Source: a bacterium
GTDB lineage: Bacteria > Muiribacteriota > UBA6191
Assembly: GCA_036339875.1 (NCBI GenBank)
Contig: JAYZAC010000055.1
Span: 1 to 21,963 of the forward strand
Reading direction: 5' to 3'
DNA length: 21,963 nucleotides
Part shown: positions 16,907 to 21,963 of the stretch, piece by piece
How the letters are laid out: each line of letters begins with the position of its first letter
Numbering within the stretch: the stretch's first letter is position 1
Program-made: the position numbers and the translations under genes
The notes under the pieces: generated by a model
Seen by the model: only the letters and a program-made list of their open reading frames with translations
Told to the model about the DNA's origin: nothing
Databases searched by the model: none

Positions 16907-18682
16907 ATGTGTGGTTTTCTAGTTAATTTTAAAATTTATCCCAATGGATTCGATCAATCAATTCTTGAAGAACGTTTAACTCGATTATCCCATCGCGGAC
17001 CAGATCAAAGAAATATTTGGAAAAATGAAAATATTTGGATGGGTCATCAAAGACTAATTCTAGTTGGAGGAGAAAAATCTGGTCGACAACCTTTAGTTAA
17101 TTCCAATGGTAATGCTCTAGTTTATAACGGTGAAATTTATAATTGTAAGGAATTACAATCGAAGTATTTATCTTCCAATTTTTTGAGTGATAGTGAAATT
17201 TTATTTGCTCTGCTGAATAAGCAAGGTAAGTCTATTTTGTCTGAATTACGCGGCATGTTTAGCTTTGTTTACTACAAGCATGCAGAGAAGAGAGTTTGGT
17301 TGGTTCGTGACCCATTTGGGATGAAACCTTTATATTATAGAAATACTGATGAAGGTTGGGAATTTAGTTCAGAATTAAGAGCTTTTGATCATCTATATCC
17401 AGATCGAATACAGGCTGAAATTTTTCAGTATCATATGGCGCCTTTACCGGGACACTCCTTGTATAAGAATGTGTTTGAAGTTCGACCCGGAAGTATCAAA
17501 ATCATAGGACCTGAGGTTGAAAGTTGTAATCAATATGTCACTTTAGGCTCGGTATTCAATTTGGCTAACTCCATCGATAAACAAGCCACCAATGACTATG
17601 TTGATGAAGATTATTTTCATGATTTATTTGACAGAATAGTTAAACAGCATCTATTAGCTGACACTTCACCGGGAATTTTATTAAGCGGTGGTTTAGATAG
17701 TGGTTGTATAGCATTGAGTCTACGTGGTTCCCCGGTTAAATCTTATACAATGGCCGTTTCGGGTATGGATGAAAGTTCTATCGCAGCATCCTTAGCAAAT
17801 ACGATAGGAATTAGTCATCATATATTTGATAGTGATTTATCTGAGCATATACAAGATGTACTAAACGCCATGGATGGCCCAATTGGGGATGCGAGTTTTT
17901 TCCCAACATGGAATTTATTTAATAATCTAAGAAGCTTTGAGAAATCAGTTTTAGGTGGAGATGGTGGAGACGAGATTTTCTTCGGCTATCCCACTTTCGA
18001 AATAGAGGCTTTAAGACAAAAACTACCAAATTTTATTTTTAGTTTAGGACGTAAATTTGGCTCTAATGTAGGTAGTTACTCAAACACAAGAATCAATTTA
18101 TTAGAAAAATTACTTAGATTTAGTTGGGGGCATAGTGATTTTGTAATGCTTCGACAAATGCAATATATGGCCGCTAAGCCAATGGATAATTTGAGCCCAA
18201 AAGCACTGGAGCTTATACTAAATAACTTTCAGCAGACCATTGAGTTAGAAAAAATTGATTCTAATTGTCATTGGAGCCAGGTTTTTACTTATTACTTTAG
18301 ATATTATTTAGCGACTCAAGTCTTAACCAAAAGTGATAGAGCTTCAATGCGTCACTCTGTTGAATTGCGCTGTCCATATCTGGATTGGGACTTATTTTCG
18401 AAGACTTTTCGATTCCCTGAAAATACCTTTCCATTATTAAGTGGACGAAAACAGGTGTTACGAGATTATTATAACTCACATACAAAGTTAAAAAATTTTA
18501 GCAAAAGAGGTTTTACCGCCCCTTTGTATAATATTTTACCTAAGCTAGAAGTTCTGGTTGCAAATCAAAGAGATAGGAATTCACGTCCACATGATGAGTT
18601 ATTAGGAAATTCTCTGGTAGGCTTACACGCAAGATATCTAGAGTTAGTTTATGAATATTTTCACGGTTCAATTGATGCTTAG
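16907..18682 (+). CDS. asnB: Asparagine synthase (glutamine-hydrolysing)-family amidotransferase
   Basis: True start MCG (Ntn nucleophile Cys) at 16907. HRGPD, NGEIYN, RDPFGMKPLY, LSGGLDS, GDGGDEIFFGY, DRASM..SVELRCP. Confidence 0.9.
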   Translation: MCGFLVNFKIYPNGFDQSILEERLTRLSHRGPDQRNIWKNENIWMGHQRLILVGGEKSGRQPLVNSNGNALVYNGEIYNCKELQSKYLSSNFLSDSEILFALLNKQGKSILSELRGMFSFVYYKHAEKRVWLVRDPFGMKPLYYRNTDEGWEFSSELRAFDHLYPDRIQAEIFQYHMAPLPGHSLYKNVFEVRPGSIKIIGPEVESCNQYVTLGSVFNLANSIDKQATNDYVDEDYFHDLFDRIVKQHLLADTSPGILLSGGLDSGCIALSLRGSPVKSYTMAVSGMDESSIAASLANTIGISHHIFDSDLSEHIQDVLNAMDGPIGDASFFPTWNLFNNLRSFEKSVLGGDGGDEIFFGYPTFEIEALRQKLPNFIFSLGRKFGSNVGSYSNTRINLLEKLLRFSWGHSDFVMLRQMQYMAAKPMDNLSPKALELILNNFQQTIELEKIDSNCHWSQVFTYYFRYYLATQVLTKSDRASMRHSVELRCPYLDWDLFSKTFRFPENTFPLLSGRKQVLRDYYNSHTKLKNFSKRGFTAPLYNILPKLEVLVANQRDRNSRPHDELLGNSLVGLHARYLELVYEYFHGSIDA

Positions 18683-18702
18683 CTCTGAGCTACTTTCTTT
18701 TT
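18680..18702 (+). terminator. Possible terminator at the asnB stop
   Basis: TAGCT-CTG-AGCTA followed by CTTTCTTTTT. Confidence 0.35.
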
Positions 18703-18722
18703 AATGCCGAAACACTGTTTAG

Positions 18723-19169
18723 ATGAACATTCATTGGATTTGTTTTTTAATAATTATTAATGTGGTGCAGTCATTTGAAGACCACGTTCGATGGATGTAT
18801 GAGCACCGACCCGATGAAGTTTTCACTGCTCGTAACTCTGAAGTAATTCAAGATCCAAAATCTAGGATGTGTTACCGAAAATTTTTTGTGAATATTGGTA
18901 AAAATAAATATGAGGAACACTTTCTACCAACTGAATGTGACTCTAGAATATTAACACCCGCGGCGCCATGGGCCCGAAAAATGGGATTTATTCCTCCAAA
19001 GACTCGAGTGAAACCTTTGATATTTCATCATCGAATTGCTCGTGAATTACCGAATCAAGAAACCGGATTTATAAAGCAAATAATAAAACAATTTGTAAAT
19101 ACTTCGAAAAAAATTGAGGGACGAGTAAAGCGCAACCATAGAAGTAATGGAGCATACAAACTGAACTAA
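18723..19169 (+). CDS. Hypothetical protein, probably exported (148 aa)
   Basis: Hydrophobic N-terminus, a Cys pair, basic C-terminus. Fills the gap between asnB and the convergent transporter. Confidence 0.6.
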   Translation: MNIHWICFLIIINVVQSFEDHVRWMYEHRPDEVFTARNSEVIQDPKSRMCYRKFFVNIGKNKYEEHFLPTECDSRILTPAAPWARKMGFIPPKTRVKPLIFHHRIARELPNQETGFIKQIIKQFVNTSKKIEGRVKRNHRSNGAYKLN

Positions 19170-19189
19170 AGTGCTTAGATTAGGGAACC

Positions 19190-20878
19190 TCAAATTTTGT
19201 ATTCAAAATTCATGGCGGAGGTTGCTTTATTAATACCGCCTATGTGTCCCGCGATTTTTCGAATTGAGACAACGAGATCTGAGAAGATCAGATTACTAAG
19301 CGGATTGTATTCTCCTCGGCTAACTCTTTCTAGATGACTATCTTTTATATTATCCGCGGTTTTCTTAAATTCGGTAATTACTGCATCAAATCTTTGAATA
19401 CTAGCGGTTTCAGAGTTATGAATTTCACTTTCAACGAGTGAAAACATCTCTTTGATTCCCTCAAATATTACTATTAATTCTTTTTCTGTTGTTTCTGAAA
19501 GTTCGTGATCATCATCAAAGAGCCTTTTACGATGTGTAACCAAATCAGCACAGTAATCAGCAACCGATTCTAAATCATCTGAAATGCTCATAAAGCTAGT
19601 TATTCTTCTACTCTGATTTATGCTCAGCGGGATTCTCATAACTTTACCAAGATATAAAGTCATATCTCGTTGCATTTCATCTAGATGATCTTCAATATTT
19701 ATAACTTCTTTCCGAGCCTTTTTATCTTTTGTTTTCGATAGAACATATTTTTGTGTATGTTCTATTCCAGCCCTAGCACAGTCTGTCATTTTTATTAGTT
19801 CACGATGAGCGAGTTCTAGTGCTAAGACAGGGCTTATGTTATCCACATTACCTGGAAGTGTAAGTGCGGGCGATTGAGTCGTAGATTGGTCGTCTTTAAT
19901 TAGCTTAGTAACCATATTAACTAAAAAGCCTAAGAAAGGCAGAAAGATTATTGAAGCGCTAACGTTAAAAATTGTGTGCACCATTGCAATATGTTGAGCG
20001 ATTGCAGGTTTGGTGCCATCGGGAGCCATTGCATTAGGGTCACCGGGTACAAGGTAGTCGATAAATCCAACATACCATTGAAAAATTATCACCATTAGTA
20101 GTACTCCAGTGAGATTAAATAGGGCATGAGCTGCTGCGGCTCTCTTTGCGTTAGCATTGGTTCCAACACTAGCTAATAATGCAGTTATAGTAGTACCAAT
20201 ATTTTCGCCTAAAACAAGGGCAGCGGCAGTATTAAAAGATATTGTCCCTGCTACAGCTAAAGCAATAGTGATTCCGAGCATAGCTGAAGAACTTTGAACG
20301 ATTAGAGTAAGTATGCAGCCCATTGCTACAGTAGCCAGAATAGAAATCAAATCTGTCGCTTGGAAATAGGTTAAATAACCAATGAAAGTAGGATCAGTTC
20401 TTAGAGGTTTGAAGGCTCCACTCATCGTTTTTAATCCATAAAAAATTAGACCGAGAGCCATAAGTAATATAGCAAGGCGTTTCAACTTCTCACTTTTAAT
20501 AAACATGTTACCTAGTGAGCCTAGGCCAATCATGTGCAGACCATATTTGCCAAGCTTGAATGAGATGATCCAGCCGGTAATTGTGGTTCCTATATTAGCT
20601 CCAAAAATTATACTTACGGCCTGAGCCAAGGTCATCACGCCAGCATTTACCATACCAACAGTCATTACTGTTACCACCGAGGATGATTGAACAAGTGTGG
20701 TTACAAAAGCTCCACAAAAAACTCCTAAAACTCGATTTGCAGTTAATGAGTTCAGAACTTTACGAATTAAGTGTCCACCCATTGCTTGCAGAGTGTCAGA
20801 GAAAATTTTCATTCCGTAAAAAAAGAGTCCTAGGCCACCTAAAAACTTAAAAATTGTATCGAACCAATTAATTTCCAT
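19190..20878 (-). CDS. Na+/phosphate cotransporter (NptA/YjbB, SLC34-like) with C-terminal PhoU-like domain
   Basis: Two repeats: VQSSS...GANIGTT and VQSSSA...GENIGTT. GGLGLFFYGM at the N-terminus. Helical tail with DDLESVADYC. Confidence 0.95.
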   Translation of the reverse strand: MEINWFDTIFKFLGGLGLFFYGMKIFSDTLQAMGGHLIRKVLNSLTANRVLGVFCGAFVTTLVQSSSVVTVMTVGMVNAGVMTLAQAVSIIFGANIGTTITGWIISFKLGKYGLHMIGLGSLGNMFIKSEKLKRLAILLMALGLIFYGLKTMSGAFKPLRTDPTFIGYLTYFQATDLISILATVAMGCILTLIVQSSSAMLGITIALAVAGTISFNTAAALVLGENIGTTITALLASVGTNANAKRAAAAHALFNLTGVLLMVIIFQWYVGFIDYLVPGDPNAMAPDGTKPAIAQHIAMVHTIFNVSASIIFLPFLGFLVNMVTKLIKDDQSTTQSPALTLPGNVDNISPVLALELAHRELIKMTDCARAGIEHTQKYVLSKTKDKKARKEVINIEDHLDEMQRDMTLYLGKVMRIPLSINQSRRITSFMSISDDLESVADYCADLVTHRKRLFDDDHELSETTEKELIVIFEGIKEMFSLVESEIHNSETASIQRFDAVITEFKKTADNIKDSHLERVSRGEYNPLSNLIFSDLVVSIRKIAGHIGGINKATSAMNFEYKI

Positions 20879-20960
20879 AATGACGCACCTTGAAAAGTAT
20901 GTGTTTTATTTTTGGGGTGAGTGAATTCTCTGCTTTAACAATAAATTATGTATGTTGATT

Positions 20961-21032
20961 ACTGCTTGGAAGTATTACGGAGTTTGGATTCCTGTCCTGA
21001 AACTCCTGAAAAACAGGCACTGGTTTAGCAGT
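20961..21032 (-). promoter_or_regulatory. Candidate structured cis-regulatory RNA in the Na/Pi cotransporter leader
   Basis: Three complementary pairs in 72 nt: ACUGCU/AGCAGU enclosing the crossed helices CCUGUUUU/AGGACAGG and GGAGUUU/AAACUCC. Confidence 0.35.
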
Positions 21033-21156
21033 TAGGATCGAAGTATAAATGATTCGCATGTAATTTCCGGATCTATTCATACTGATATACTACAATATAG
21101 ATATATATTCTCATTTTTTTGTATGGATGTATGAAAGATAGATAGTCTTCTTATAA

Positions 21157-21963
21157 TCAGATCTTTTTCAGAATAGCATCACTTGTATGGAATCCAATTT
21201 GAAATGCTTCTTCGAATAATGGCAAACCATAAGTATCCGAATTACAAAGAAAAATATTTTTAATTCTATAGGGTAACGTTGATTGTTTCAGACTAGGTAA
21301 TGTCTGCTTAACATCTGGTATTGCCATGGCATGAAACATAGGTCGAAAAACTACTTCACTGATGTATGGCAATAATTCGGGACTTGAATTTTTAAGATCT
21401 GAGATAACTAGTTCCAATAATTCGTCTTTGGATTTATTTTGTAGTTCTTCGGAACTCCAGTTTAATTTGGCCGATATCGGGAAAAAGTGGGTAATTACTG
21501 TGTTATTGTCTGCATTCGATTGCTGATGATTTGCATGAATGTAACCTACAGACGAACTATGAATATCCACATTATCCCAACAAAGTGATTTCTCAATTGA
21601 GTTAGGCAGAGCATTGAGTCGAATTTGAGTGGTTAACCAAATTTTTTGATCGCGAGGTAAATTAGGGATTACTTTTTTCAATCCATTCACAAACCACTCA
21701 TCTCGATTGAGATATTTTAGAGTATGATTTTTACCGGCGTAAACCACATTGCGGAACGTCTGGCGCCACCATTTTCCATGACTATTAGTTAGCAGACATT
21801 CGACTCCTTCTGAGTGCTTTTTTAAGCCAGCTAAAACAGTATTCCATTGAGTTTTTGAGCTTGAGATATTTTTCAATAAAGCTTTTACAAGCCAAGCATT
21901 ACCAGAACTACTAGTTAGTGTGACTGGTATTTCGTAATAAGGTCTACAAGCAAAATAATGAAA
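21157..21963 (-). CDS. FAD-dependent oxidoreductase (amine oxidase-like), C-terminal part; 5' end lies outside the window
   Basis: Frame is open to the right edge (FHYFACRPYYEIPVTLTSSSGNAWLVKALL...). Motifs HYFAxR, GNxWLV, WDNV, HAMAIP, SDxxGLPLFEEA..G. Confidence 0.8.
   Translation of the reverse strand, partial: FHYFACRPYYEIPVTLTSSSGNAWLVKALLKNISSSKTQWNTVLAGLKKHSEGVECLLTNSHGKWWRQTFRNVVYAGKNHTLKYLNRDEWFVNGLKKVIPNLPRDQKIWLTTQIRLNALPNSIEKSLCWDNVDIHSSSVGYIHANHQQSNADNNTVITHFFPISAKLNWSSEELQNKSKDELLELVISDLKNSSPELLPYISEVVFRPMFHAMAIPDVKQTLPSLKQSTLPYRIKNIFLCNSDTYGLPLFEEAFQIGFHTSDAILKKI

Noticed and set aside
16677..18682. Lasso-peptide cluster (Cys-containing small ORF upstream of an AsnB homologue)
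   Set aside because: The AsnB keeps an intact MCG glutaminase domain, there is no leader peptidase or RRE gene nearby, the peptide lacks the YxxP and penultimate-Thr leader pattern, and its RBS spacing is poor.
20961..21032. Known ribozyme or riboswitch (hammerhead, c-di-GMP-II, c-di-AMP, fluoride) or a Pho box
   Set aside because: The core consensus sequences were not found by eye, and the direct repeat has a 9-bp period rather than the 11-bp period of PhoB boxes.

Overview
AT-rich bacterial chromosomal segment (standard code) of housekeeping, envelope and signalling genes. I see no mobile element, CRISPR array, rRNA or tRNA. Gene order: FGE-sulfatase/SUMF1-domain gene (minus strand, cut by the left edge, absent from the ORF track); exported TPR-like protein coupled to gmhA; ORFan; LbH-only GlmU-like acetyltransferase; acidic 102-aa protein; fabF; gap; an unannotated 41-aa membrane ORF; exported hypothetical (minus); divergent thiamine pyrophosphokinase abutting a 1005-aa CHASE2 adenylate cyclase; two convergent exported serine hydrolases; O-antigen ligase, FkbM methyltransferase and AsnB-type amidotransferase; hypothetical; Na/Pi cotransporter; FAD-dependent oxidoreductase cut by the right edge. 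I cannot support a complete new multi-gene system here. The best leads are a pseudoknot-shaped element in the Na/Pi cotransporter leader, an ACP-like acidic protein in the acpP position before a plastid/chlamydial-looking FabF, the small membrane ORF after gap, a ~200-aa insertion in the cyclase CHASE2 sensor, and a possibly eukaryote-like alpha/beta hydrolase. All family calls come from motif recognition, not database searches.
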